Shown piece by piece: positions 1 to 9,071 of a DNA stretch of 63,645 bases. How positions within the stretch are numbered: the first letter of the stretch is position 1; every line of letters begins with the position of its first letter. Origin of the DNA: Gammaproteobacteria bacterium. GTDB taxonomy: Bacteria > Pseudomonadota > Gammaproteobacteria > Pseudomonadales > Azotimanducaceae. The stretch covers positions 1 through 63,645 of the forward strand of contig VYDB01000078.1 of assembly GCA_009843635.1 (NCBI GenBank), written 5' to 3'. The notes beneath the pieces were generated by a model. The model was not told the DNA's origin. It searched no databases and saw only the letters and a list, made by a program, of their open reading frames with translations. A program made the position numbers and the translations under genes.

Positions 1-116
1 TCCCCGGCAACGCAAACCCCGCCCAATCAGGGGCAGGGGGGCGAGTAGTTACGAGGTATTTTGCATTCCCCAAAACCCCCTCCAGATCGTCAAGCTGGAA
101 TAGGGCTGTTCCCCCG

Positions 117-1865
117 TTGATGATCGCAGGTTTCGCGGCCATTGTGATCTACATCGCCGCCGCGGCCGTCCTGCTCTATACGAACCCCCTTCTGTTTGCC
201 GACGACTGGCGCCACTACAACCACTATTTCTTCGAGAGAGATCTCATAAACGCCATCTTCGGACGAGAGAATCTGCATCTGATGATTTTGCCAAACATCA
301 TGTTTCTCTCGAATTACCTGTTTTTCGACGGTCGAATGAGCAATCTGGCGTTGATCAATGTCGGGTTGCTATCAACTTCGGCAGCCTTGGCGGCTTTCGC
401 TTGGCTGCGGGCAACTTGGAAGCCGGACAGGCATATGGCTGAAGTGGCCGGCGCGTTTCTGGTTTGGGCGGCCATTCTATTGTTTCTGGGTGCCCCACGA
501 ACGCTGTTTTGGGGTATCGGGGTCCACAACCATCTGGTCGTGCTCGGTGCGTTTGGCGCCGCGCTGTTCGCGTCGGGTCTCACTGGCTCCCTTCGGAAGC
601 CCATCAATTTTATCGGATTCATTGGTTTCGCGACAATCGCTTCGACGAGCTTTACTACCGGAAGTGCCGTTTGGATGCTGGGGTTTCTCGGCGCTGTCTT
701 AAATCGAGAGAGGCTCAGTACAACGCTGACCTTGCTAATTGTCGGGCTAGCAGGACTGATCACAACTGTCTGGCCAATGCTGAGTAAAGGAGTCGTAGCA
801 GACGCTGGGCTCAATGTGACTTCCCTACTCGTGTTCTGCGCATCTCTGTTCGGGAGTGCTTGGACCACTGTAGGGCCAGACCTGGCACAAGGGAACGAAC
901 TTCTGGTCTGTGCGGGCATAGGCGCCTTTGGAGTGCTAGTCATCATTTTGGCAGCAGTTCGCACATTGCTACGACCCGAGATCAGCGAGATGGATCGCCT
1001 CTATTGCTATTTCGTACTCATTGGTTCGTTCGTCGTTGCAGCCAGCCTGATGATTGGCTACGGTCGCATCGAGCTTGAGCACGGTCTGTGGGAAAGCCTC
1101 CGCCCTCGCTTCCACACTTGGTCGCTGTTGGGTTGGGCAAGCGTAGTTGGCGTGATGCTCGGAGCCGCTTACGAAGCAAGCCATAGGTTTAGAACGCACT
1201 GGCCACTCACCGCCTATGTTGTCTCGCTGCTTCTCTTGATCCTCCTTGGAAACCTAAACGTCATCAATTCCTCTCTCCGCCACACTTATTCATATTGGAT
1301 GGATACAGTGACGCAAGTTGCCGTGAATCACATCAACCGACCGACTGACAGACGACTTTGGAGAGACCGGGAGGACGTATGGCTAAGGGTCATTGATCAC
1401 CTTAGATCGCATAAACGCAACATCTATGCGGAGTCCTGGCCCCATCGAATGGGCCATGACATGTCAACAGTGCGGGATCAACTCAACAATCGATGCAACT
1501 CAGAGTTAGAAGTAATGCCAAGCAATAGGCACGATGAGTGGATTGTACGCGGCTGGATACTGCCGCAATCCAAGCACTCGGCACCCATAACCAACGTGTA
1601 CTTTCTAGACAAAAAAGGACAGACCATCGGTTTCTCGAAACCGATATTCGGCTCACAGCGCGGCGAAAACCAGCGGTATCGAGATCACATGATCTGGCCT
1701 GCTCGTTTGATGGATTCACTTGGCCTTCGAAGTGCCCGGGACATTCCCGGGGTTTCAGGCCACTTTTTGGGGCGCATCATTGCCGACGAGTCTAATGCCG
1801 ATCAAGTTCGCAGGCAGTTGCAGTTTGTGGCCGAGACCAAGTTTGGCTGGTCATGCACGGGATAG
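117..1865 (+). CDS. Polytopic integral membrane protein (582 aa). The N-terminal about 400 aa are rich in hydrophobic helices and the C-terminal about 180 aa are soluble. Function unknown, possibly polysaccharide assembly or modification given the neighbourhood
   Basis: Long ORF. The translation shows about 12 hydrophobic segments (e.g. AAIVIYIAAAAVLLY, LLFLGAPRTLFWGIGV, LLVFCASLFGSAW, GAFGVLVIILAAV). It lies first in a lower-GC cluster with sulfotransferase and glycosyltransferase genes. Confidence 0.5.
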   Translation: MMIAGFAAIVIYIAAAAVLLYTNPLLFADDWRHYNHYFFERDLINAIFGRENLHLMILPNIMFLSNYLFFDGRMSNLALINVGLLSTSAALAAFAWLRATWKPDRHMAEVAGAFLVWAAILLFLGAPRTLFWGIGVHNHLVVLGAFGAALFASGLTGSLRKPINFIGFIGFATIASTSFTTGSAVWMLGFLGAVLNRERLSTTLTLLIVGLAGLITTVWPMLSKGVVADAGLNVTSLLVFCASLFGSAWTTVGPDLAQGNELLVCAGIGAFGVLVIILAAVRTLLRPEISEMDRLYCYFVLIGSFVVAASLMIGYGRIELEHGLWESLRPRFHTWSLLGWASVVGVMLGAAYEASHRFRTHWPLTAYVVSLLLLILLGNLNVINSSLRHTYSYWMDTVTQVAVNHINRPTDRRLWRDREDVWLRVIDHLRSHKRNIYAESWPHRMGHDMSTVRDQLNNRCNSELEVMPSNRHDEWIVRGWILPQSKHSAPITNVYFLDKKGQTIGFSKPIFGSQRGENQRYRDHMIWPARLMDSLGLRSARDIPGVSGHFLGRIIADESNADQVRRQLQFVAETKFGWSCTG

Positions 1866-2374
1866 GCCGCACATTTTGGTCCAAGCCGCTATCCACCCTC
1901 AGCGCCAACCACACCTAGCCAGTCGCGGAGAACCGGCTTTACCGGCCCAACCATGGCCATGATGGCCCGCTACAGCCTGCAGTACTGAGGCCCCGATCCA
2001 GATCGCCGTTGCCGTTGAGATTCTCCCGCCGAGCGCCAGCGCATCCACCGACTGCCGGACAATGTCCCTAGCCGCGTGGATCCCAGGTGATGGCGGCGCC
2101 GATTCTCGCCCTCCGCCTCAGTGCGCTTCCTCTCGACAGCTATGAAGTGGGTGAAACTCGCGGCACCGCCTGGGCACGCCATAAACCCTGTTAGGACGTG
2201 GCTAACATGCGGAACTGGTCCAAGTGAGCGAGGGCTTGCGCCAGACACGGTCCCACCGGGCGAGACATGGGCCGCGATTGTTATGCTTGCTTCTCAACCT
2301 CGCGGGGAGGTATTCTAACCTCCCACAGAGGTGCTAACCTCTGTTCTCTCCCAATATTGCAACCGGCCCTCTCA

Positions 2375-3157
2375 ATGCACCTTCGCGATGACAAGTTCAT
2401 GGTTAGCTGCGCGGCGCGAAGCGGTAGCACCATGCTGTGTTCACTGATACGCTCCCACCCGCAAGCGATCTGCCACGGTGAAGTCCTTGCCCAGGAGCAG
2501 CCCCCTGTTTCCGGCATCTACGGACGCAAGCTCAAGGGCGATCCGGAGTTCGGCCGGCTCGTTCGCCAGTACCGAAACGAGCAACCGCAAAGGTTTCTCT
2601 ACGACATCGTCTTTGATCCGCAGGGGCACCGCTGCGTCGGATTCAAGTTCAAGACGGATGAGGCGTTTCAACCCCGTTTCAAAGCCATTCGAGAGGTCAT
2701 CTCCGCCGACAAGGACATCAAAATCATTCACTTGATCCGGCGCAACTTGATCGATCAGTACGTATCCCATCGAGTCGTCGAGCAGACAGGCTTGACGTTT
2801 CTGCGGCCATCCGACGACCGGCCACAGTTGGTGCCGTTCAGGGTGGATATCGATCACTTCATCGCCTATGTCACGGATTTGAAGGAAAGGCAGCAGGCAG
2901 CGCATGATCTCTATCGCGACCATCGAAGCTTGGTTCTCGCCTACGAAGACATTGTTGCTCCGCAGTCGTCCGCCCTAGACGACCTCCAGGCATTTCTGGG
3001 CATAGACAGACGCCCGCTTTCCACGCCACTGTTGAAGATCATCGGGAACAACAGCGAAATGGTTCTGAACCTAAAGGAGGTTCGGGCTGCGCTCGCGGGG
3101 AAGCAGTCAAGCACGCACAACGGCCAACAAGCCGAAGCGCGGTCGTTGGAAGTCTGA
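2375..3157 (+). CDS. Sulfotransferase family protein (Stf0/NodH-like PAPS-dependent). The ORF in the track is probably N-terminally over-extended; the start is likely at the MHLRDDKF Met or the nearby MVSCAARSGST Met
   Basis: 5'-PSB P-loop-like motif AARSGSTMLCSL near the N-terminus and a downstream LIRRNLIDQYVS (3'-PB-like R-x-N) motif. The ORF is 2267..3157. Confidence 0.65.
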   Translation: MHLRDDKFMVSCAARSGSTMLCSLIRSHPQAICHGEVLAQEQPPVSGIYGRKLKGDPEFGRLVRQYRNEQPQRFLYDIVFDPQGHRCVGFKFKTDEAFQPRFKAIREVISADKDIKIIHLIRRNLIDQYVSHRVVEQTGLTFLRPSDDRPQLVPFRVDIDHFIAYVTDLKERQQAAHDLYRDHRSLVLAYEDIVAPQSSALDDLQAFLGIDRRPLSTPLLKIIGNNSEMVLNLKEVRAALAGKQSSTHNGQQAEARSLEV

Positions 3158-3196
3158 CAAGCTCTGCGCAGTCAGGGCTCTAGAGCACCTCGCACG

Positions 3197-6100
3197 GTGG
3201 AAAAGGGGAATCCAGCCAAGGCGATCATTATCGCGGGCATGCACCGCAGCGGCACTTCAGCCCTCAGCCGAACGCTGAACCTAGTGGGTTGCGACGCGCC
3301 CAACACGTTGATGGGCGGCGACAACCGAGGCAACGAGCGCGGCCATTGGGAATCGCAACCCATATTCGAATTGAACAACGAGTTATTGGCCTCCGCAGGC
3401 TCGAGTTGGGAGGATTGGGAGGCCATCAACCCAAGCTGGTACGCGTCTCCGCTCTATCCCAAGTACTTCGAAAAGAGCCTTGAGGTCCTAACTGCCGAGT
3501 TCGGATCGAGCCCCCTGTTCGTGGTCAAGGATCCGCGCTTTTGCCGATTGATGGACTTTTGGACCAAAGTCATCGAGTCCTTCGGCGCCTCGCCGTTGGT
3601 CATCATGCCAATCCGAAATCCGCAAGACGTCGCTGCCTCTCTCAAGCACCGGGATGCGATTGATCCTTCCGTCGGCCGGTTGCTGTGGCTGAGGCACGTT
3701 CTGGAAGCTGAGGCAGGCAGTCGCGGCTACCCGCGAGTCACCGTTCGCTTCGACCAACTGCTGAACGATTGGCGCGGCCTCGTGACCCGCATCGGAGAGG
3801 CGCTTGAGGTGTCCTGGCCGAATATGTCGAGTGCTGCGGATATGGAAGTCGATGACTTTCTGACGCCCGATCTGCGCCACCATGCCGATCCGAGAGACGA
3901 CGTCGAGCCCAACACCCCAAGGATCCGCTGGATAGCCGAAACCTACGAAATATTGCAAAAGTGGTCGGCCGGCGAAGAGCGCAGTTCGGACCTCGCCAAG
4001 CTTGACGAGATCAGGTCGAACCTCAACGCCTTGGGGCCGCTCTTCGGCCGCCCTATCCTGCTCGGACGAAGGGCGATGCGTGACGCACGCGAGTTGAACG
4101 CAAAGCGGGAAGAACTGACCGATCTTCTCGATGCCGAAAGAACCAAGGTCAACGGTCTACAGGAAACACTTGCCCAGCGGCAGGCTGAAGTTGAGACCCT
4201 GCGCCAATCGATCGCCCAAAAGCAGGCCGAGGTCGAGTCCCTGCAACAGTCGAATGTCCAAGAGCTTGAGTCTTTACGGCGGTCGAACACTAAGGAGCTT
4301 GAGACCCTACAGCGGTCGAATGCCCGGGAACTCGAGACCCTGCACCAATCGATTGCCCACAAGGCCGAGGAAATCGCTCGCCAGGAGGCCCGCATTATCG
4401 ATCAGGACCAAGCGATCGGTGGCCACGTCCGCGAGCAAGCGTCGCTTAGCGACACCCTCGCCAACACGCGAGACCAAATTGACGCACTGATGTCGGCCGT
4501 CAACGAGCGGGAACGGAGAATCGCCACCTTGCTGCAGTCCTCAAGCTGGCGGTACACGGCCCCGCTGCGGAACACTAAGCTTGGCTTGGCTTGGCTTTTG
4601 CGCAAGGTCGTGCGCATAGCGCAAATCGGCGGCTGGTTGTGCACTGGCCAGTTTCGCAAGGCGGCGCACGCCGCCCTGCCGTTCTACCGCAGGCATGCCC
4701 CCCGATGGGTGGGAGCCCTGATTCCCCGTCGGCTTCGTCAATGGCTACGGGTCTCCACCTCTTCCCCGTCAAACGCCGTCCTGCAATCCTTGCAGCATCT
4801 GGACCAAGCGGACAGGTACGAACACACCCAGTTCGTACCCGAGTTCAGGGGCTCCCCCCCTGACTCGAACGGCGTGCGGCTCATCGCCTTCTACCTGCCT
4901 CAGTTCCACCCCATTCCAGAAAATGACGCTTGGTGGGGCGAAGGGTTTACGGAGTGGACCAACGTGCGCGCCGCAAAGCCGCTGTTTGCCGGACACTACC
5001 AGCCCCGGGTGCCCATAGACTCAGGCCATTACGACCTGCGCGACCCGGACGTTCAGCACCGCCAAGTGGATTTGGCCAAGCGCTACGGTGTGAGCGGCTT
5101 CTGCTTCTACTTCTACTGGTTCGCTGGCCACCGGCTGCTGGAGACTCCGCTACTCAACTACCTCAACGACCCCGCCATGGACCTGCCGTTCTGCCTCTGC
5201 TGGGCCAACGAGAACTGGACGCGGCGTTGGGACGGCAGGGAACAGGATCTGCTGATCGGCCAACGGCACTCGGAGAGCGACGACTTGCAATTCATCGAAT
5301 ACGTGTCGCTCTACCTCAACGATTCCAGATACATCCGTATCGACAACCGCCCCTTGCTTCTAGTCTATAAGCCGGACCTGTTTCCCGATGCGGCGGCCAC
5401 CGTCCGCCGGTGGCGCGAGTGGTGCAGAGAGCATGGGGTTGGCGAGCTCTACGTGGCCATGGTGCAGTCCTTGCAGGACTTGGATCCTAGGCCCTATGGC
5501 ATGGACGCAGCCATCGAGTTCCCGTGGCATACCGGACTGCCCAACGACATAACCACGCATGTGCTGCCTCCGGAAACCGGGTTCAGCGGCTACGTGTTTG
5601 ATTGGGATGACTACGCTGCCAAATGCCATGAGCAGCCCGATCGACCCTGGACCCAGGTCCGGGGCGTGATGCCGGGCTGGGACAACACCCCACGCCTGAA
5701 GTCAGCGGCGCACCTCTTCCAAGGCCACTCACCGGCAACCTACAGCAGGTGGCTGGTTTCCGCGATGCGCTGGACACTCGACCGAATGAGAAAGCCCGAG
5801 GAGCGGTTGGTGTTCATCAACGCCTGGAACGAATGGGGGGAAGGCGCCTATCTCGAGCCCGACCAGCGCTTCGGCTACGCGTTCCTGCAAGCGACTCGCG
5901 ACGCGGTCGAAGCGGTGGCGCGGCAACCAACTAACCCAGTACGTCCGCACCCGCTGTCCACCGGCGCCCAATCGTTAATCGTCAAGCAGGTCGTCCCGAT
6001 GGGCTCCAAGCAAACCGCCTCGGTCGCTGGCATTCGACTGAAATGCCCTGCGGAACCCGACATATCGGTCGTGATACCCGTCTATGGAGAGTGCCAATTG

Positions 6101-7990
6101 ACCCTGCGCTGCCTCAAGTCCCTGAGCGACTTGAGCGACCGGCGGTCATTCGAAGTCGTCCTAGTGGATGACGCCTCCGAGGACGAAAGCGCTGAGCGCC
6201 TGAGCGCAGTGCCCGGCATCCGCTATCTGCGCAATGACGAAAACCAAGGCTTTCTCAAGTCCTGCAACCGGGGCGCAGCTGTCGCTCAGGGCCGCTATCT
6301 CTTCCTGCTGAACAACGATACCGTCGTGGAGAACGGCGCTTTGGATGCGCTTGCGGATACTTTTGACGATCATGACAACGTTGGGCTGGTCGGCGCCAAA
6401 CTCTATTTCGAGGACGGGCGCCTGCAGGAGGCCGGAGGCATCGTTTGGTCGGACGGTTCCGCTATGAACTACGGCCGGGGAGACGACCCCCGCAAACCAG
6501 AGTACAACTACGTGCGCGACGCCGACTACTGCAGCGGCGCCGCAATCATGCTGCCAACCGTCTTGTGGCGTCGCCTGAACGGCTTCGACAGCTACTACGT
6601 GCGCGCCTACTATGAAGACACCGATCTCGCCCTCCGGGTTCGACAAGCAGGCCGCCGAGTACTCTACCAACCCTTCGCCAAGGTTGTGCACCGCGAGGGC
6701 GCCACGTCTGGCACCGACCTCTCCAAAGGCGAAAAACGCTATCAGGTGGAAAACCGCAAGCGATTTCTCGAGCGTTGGCGCGACAAGTTGGCCAGCGACC
6801 ACCCCGCCCCTACCACCCCGCCGCAACTCGCCAAGGACCGGGGCGCGGCTGCCCGAGCGCTGGTCATCGACTGGGACATTCCAACGCCTGACCACGACTC
6901 GGGCTCCCTAGACACCTTCAACCTCATCCGCATGCTGAACCACCTGGGGGTGAAGACAACCTTCGCCGCCCACCGCGACCTCGCCTACTTTGGCGAATAC
7001 ACGGACGCCGTGCAAAAACTCGGGGCGGAGGTGCTGTATGCACCTTACTGCAACTCACTACGCACCTTTCTTCAGGAACACGGAAAGGAACAAGACTACG
7101 TCATCGTCCATCGTGTTGGCGTTTTCAAGGAGGTTCAACCGGAGTTGAAGAGATTCTGCCCCCAAGCCCGCATCATCTTCAGCACCGTGGACCTACACCA
7201 CATCCGGGAGGCCCGCCAAGCTGAAGTGGAGAACTCCCAGCGCCTCAGAAAAAAAGCTGAGGCCACCAAACGGGACGAGATCAAGTTGGCCCGCAAGGCT
7301 GACGCCACGATCGTGGTGAGCAAAACCGAACAAGCCCTGCTTGAAGAGGCATTGCCCACCGTCCCAGTCTTTCACATGCCGCTCATTCGGGATGTGCCCG
7401 GATTGAGTGAGGCGGCTTTCGACAGCCGTCGCGGCATCGGTTTTTTGGGCAACTACCTCCACCCGCCGAATATGGACGCCGTTTTGCACTTCGTCCACGA
7501 CATCTGGCCCGAATTCCGCTCAGCAGTGCCACACGCGGAGTTGTACATTGGCGGCGGGCAGATGCCTTCCGAAGTAGCTCAGCTTAGCGATCTTGAGGGC
7601 GTACAAACGCTCGGCTACGTGCCGGACCTAGCGGCCTTCTACAATCGAATTCGGTTGACCGTCGCGCCGTTGCGCTACGGCGCCGGCGCCAAGGGCAAGG
7701 TGGTGTCTAGCCTCTGCCACGGGGTGCCGGTCGTCGCTTCGCCCATCGCGGCCGAAGGGATGGATGTGGCGCACGGGCGAGACATCCTCATTGCCGGCAA
7801 TCAGGCCGAGTGGATTGAGCACCTCGAAAGCGCCTACTGCGATCCAATCCTGTGGAGGGCGCTGTCGGAAGGCGGCACTGCGACCATGCAACGTAATCAC
7901 TCCCTCACCACAGGGGTGGTCGAGCTATCCCGCATCCTGGCGCTTGATGAAGTCGATTTTGGGCGCAAAGCAGCCCCGACGGCGCTGTAG
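3197..7990 (+). CDS. Giant multidomain glycan-modifying enzyme (1597 aa). It has an N-terminal sulfotransferase domain, a coiled-coil with tandem repeats, a WbsX-like glycosyltransferase domain, a GT2 (GT-A, D-x-D) domain and a C-terminal GT4/GT1-like (GT-B) domain
   Basis: Sulfotransferase motifs IIIAGMHRSGTSALS (5'-PSB) and PIRNPQDVAAS (3'-PB). Heptad-rich region LETLRQSIAQKQAEVESLQQSNVQELESLRRSNTKELETLQRSNARELETLHQS. WbsX-family signature FYLPQFHPIPENDAWWGEGFTEWTNV. GT2 signature ISVVIPVYGE...VVLVDDASEDE...NNDT. GT-B C-terminus GYVPDLAAFYNRIRLTVAPLRYGAGAKGKVVSSLCHGVPVVASPIAAEG. Confidence 0.85.
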   Translation: MEKGNPAKAIIIAGMHRSGTSALSRTLNLVGCDAPNTLMGGDNRGNERGHWESQPIFELNNELLASAGSSWEDWEAINPSWYASPLYPKYFEKSLEVLTAEFGSSPLFVVKDPRFCRLMDFWTKVIESFGASPLVIMPIRNPQDVAASLKHRDAIDPSVGRLLWLRHVLEAEAGSRGYPRVTVRFDQLLNDWRGLVTRIGEALEVSWPNMSSAADMEVDDFLTPDLRHHADPRDDVEPNTPRIRWIAETYEILQKWSAGEERSSDLAKLDEIRSNLNALGPLFGRPILLGRRAMRDARELNAKREELTDLLDAERTKVNGLQETLAQRQAEVETLRQSIAQKQAEVESLQQSNVQELESLRRSNTKELETLQRSNARELETLHQSIAHKAEEIARQEARIIDQDQAIGGHVREQASLSDTLANTRDQIDALMSAVNERERRIATLLQSSSWRYTAPLRNTKLGLAWLLRKVVRIAQIGGWLCTGQFRKAAHAALPFYRRHAPRWVGALIPRRLRQWLRVSTSSPSNAVLQSLQHLDQADRYEHTQFVPEFRGSPPDSNGVRLIAFYLPQFHPIPENDAWWGEGFTEWTNVRAAKPLFAGHYQPRVPIDSGHYDLRDPDVQHRQVDLAKRYGVSGFCFYFYWFAGHRLLETPLLNYLNDPAMDLPFCLCWANENWTRRWDGREQDLLIGQRHSESDDLQFIEYVSLYLNDSRYIRIDNRPLLLVYKPDLFPDAAATVRRWREWCREHGVGELYVAMVQSLQDLDPRPYGMDAAIEFPWHTGLPNDITTHVLPPETGFSGYVFDWDDYAAKCHEQPDRPWTQVRGVMPGWDNTPRLKSAAHLFQGHSPATYSRWLVSAMRWTLDRMRKPEERLVFINAWNEWGEGAYLEPDQRFGYAFLQATRDAVEAVARQPTNPVRPHPLSTGAQSLIVKQVVPMGSKQTASVAGIRLKCPAEPDISVVIPVYGECQLTLRCLKSLSDLSDRRSFEVVLVDDASEDESAERLSAVPGIRYLRNDENQGFLKSCNRGAAVAQGRYLFLLNNDTVVENGALDALADTFDDHDNVGLVGAKLYFEDGRLQEAGGIVWSDGSAMNYGRGDDPRKPEYNYVRDADYCSGAAIMLPTVLWRRLNGFDSYYVRAYYEDTDLALRVRQAGRRVLYQPFAKVVHREGATSGTDLSKGEKRYQVENRKRFLERWRDKLASDHPAPTTPPQLAKDRGAAARALVIDWDIPTPDHDSGSLDTFNLIRMLNHLGVKTTFAAHRDLAYFGEYTDAVQKLGAEVLYAPYCNSLRTFLQEHGKEQDYVIVHRVGVFKEVQPELKRFCPQARIIFSTVDLHHIREARQAEVENSQRLRKKAEATKRDEIKLARKADATIVVSKTEQALLEEALPTVPVFHMPLIRDVPGLSEAAFDSRRGIGFLGNYLHPPNMDAVLHFVHDIWPEFRSAVPHAELYIGGGQMPSEVAQLSDLEGVQTLGYVPDLAAFYNRIRLTVAPLRYGAGAKGKVVSSLCHGVPVVASPIAAEGMDVAHGRDILIAGNQAEWIEHLESAYCDPILWRALSEGGTATMQRNHSLTTGVVELSRILALDEVDFGRKAAPTAL
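4150..4400 (+). repeat. Intragenic tandem repeats of about 33 nt (11 aa) that encode the coiled-coil segment of the multidomain enzyme
   Basis: Repeated DNA units ...gag(t/a)c(c/t)ct(g/a)c(a/g)(a/g)cggtcgaa... translate to LESLRRSNTKE / LETLQRSNARE / LESLQQSNVQE. Confidence 0.6.
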
Positions 7991-8005
7991 TCCTGCCCCT
8001 GCCTG

Positions 8006-8908
8006 ATGAACAACAAAGTTGCGCCCCGGCTTGGCACCGCAATTTCCAAGCTCCGCCAAAGCCCAGGTTCTCGAGGCTCGCGGGACCAGCGGAAGATCGT
8101 TCTTCACTACCATCTCTTCAAGAACGCCGGAACCAGCATCGACCAAATTCTGAAGAATAACTTTGGCGAGCAGCGGTGGCGCAACCAAGAATTTCCATCG
8201 GGCGGCGGCACCTTGGCGATCCTCAAAGGCAATTCGTGCTCGAACGCAGTTGAGGATTGGCTGCGCACAAACCCCGACGTGCAGGTTCTTTCTTCCCACA
8301 CCGCCGTAATGCCACTCCCCAACATCCCCGCCACCACTGTTTTCCCGATTCTGTTTGTGCGCCATCCGTTGACCCGACTGCAATCAGCCTATTTCTTCCA
8401 ACGCCATCGATTCCACGCTGGCATTGACAAGATGGCAACTCGATTGGCAGCCCAAAGCGACTTCGCTGGGTACGTGAGCGGCCTGATGGCCCGGCAGAAC
8501 AACAGCATGGCGCGCAACTTCACCGCCGTTCGACTGGCAGCAGCTGTACCCGGCCCCACGAACCAACTCGAACAGCGCGCCCTTAGTGCCCTGAACACCC
8601 TGCCATTCGTCGGATCGGTCGAACGGTTCAACCAATCACTAAGCGTGATGGAGCACTGGCTGCGACCGCACTTTCCCGGCTTCCGCGCCGACCCTGTCTG
8701 GCGCAATGCCACCCAAGGCCAGCCGCGCTCAATGTCAGACCGACTTGACCAGATTCTCGACGATCTTGGCCCTCGGCTCTACGAACAAGCATTGCAAGTG
8801 AATGAGGCTGATCTGTTGGTCCACAAAGCAGCTATGGCAAGAATTGAGGCGCTATACGACGCGCTTTCAGCGACGACTAGCCAAGGGGATCAAGGAGCCA
8901 GAAACTGA
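8006..8908 (+). CDS. Sulfotransferase family protein (carbohydrate-sulfotransferase-like, Sulfotransfer_2/3 type)
   Basis: N-terminal H-x-x-K-x-G-T-S motif (HYHLFKNAGTSIDQIL). This resembles the PAPS 5'-phosphosulfate-binding loop of HNK-1 and heparan carbohydrate sulfotransferases. It lies 16 nt downstream of the multidomain enzyme on the same strand. Confidence 0.55.
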   Translation: MNNKVAPRLGTAISKLRQSPGSRGSRDQRKIVLHYHLFKNAGTSIDQILKNNFGEQRWRNQEFPSGGGTLAILKGNSCSNAVEDWLRTNPDVQVLSSHTAVMPLPNIPATTVFPILFVRHPLTRLQSAYFFQRHRFHAGIDKMATRLAAQSDFAGYVSGLMARQNNSMARNFTAVRLAAAVPGPTNQLEQRALSALNTLPFVGSVERFNQSLSVMEHWLRPHFPGFRADPVWRNATQGQPRSMSDRLDQILDDLGPRLYEQALQVNEADLLVHKAAMARIEALYDALSATTSQGDQGARN

Positions 8909-9023
8909 TGCAGTAGCGCACCGGGCAATCGACGCCCCTCCCATACAGATCCTCAAAGCGCACAACAAAGCGGTTTCCGAAGAATGAACCGGGTCGCCTC
9001 CCGTGACACCCGGCAGGAATGAA

Positions 9024-9053
9024 CCGGGGCGAACGGCAATCCGTTCGCCCCGG
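9024..9053. terminator. Bidirectional intrinsic terminator hairpin between convergent genes
   Basis: Perfect 13-bp inverted repeat ccggggcgaacgg-caat-ccgttcgccccgg. It lies between the + strand sulfotransferase (end 8908) and the - strand SPFH gene (end 9072). Confidence 0.55.
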
Positions 9054-9071
9054 TCTCAAGGCCGCCCGAGC

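Noticed and set aside
4131-4490. 119-aa + strand ORF in an alternate frame, and minus ORF 3943..4395, over the coiled-coil repeat region
   Set aside because: Repetitive DNA produces open frames in several phases. Only the main frame is continuous with flanking catalytic domains.
6161-6895. 244-aa minus-strand ORF inside the multidomain enzyme gene
   Set aside because: It is antisense to the GT2 domain, which has intact motifs in the + frame. Shadow ORF.
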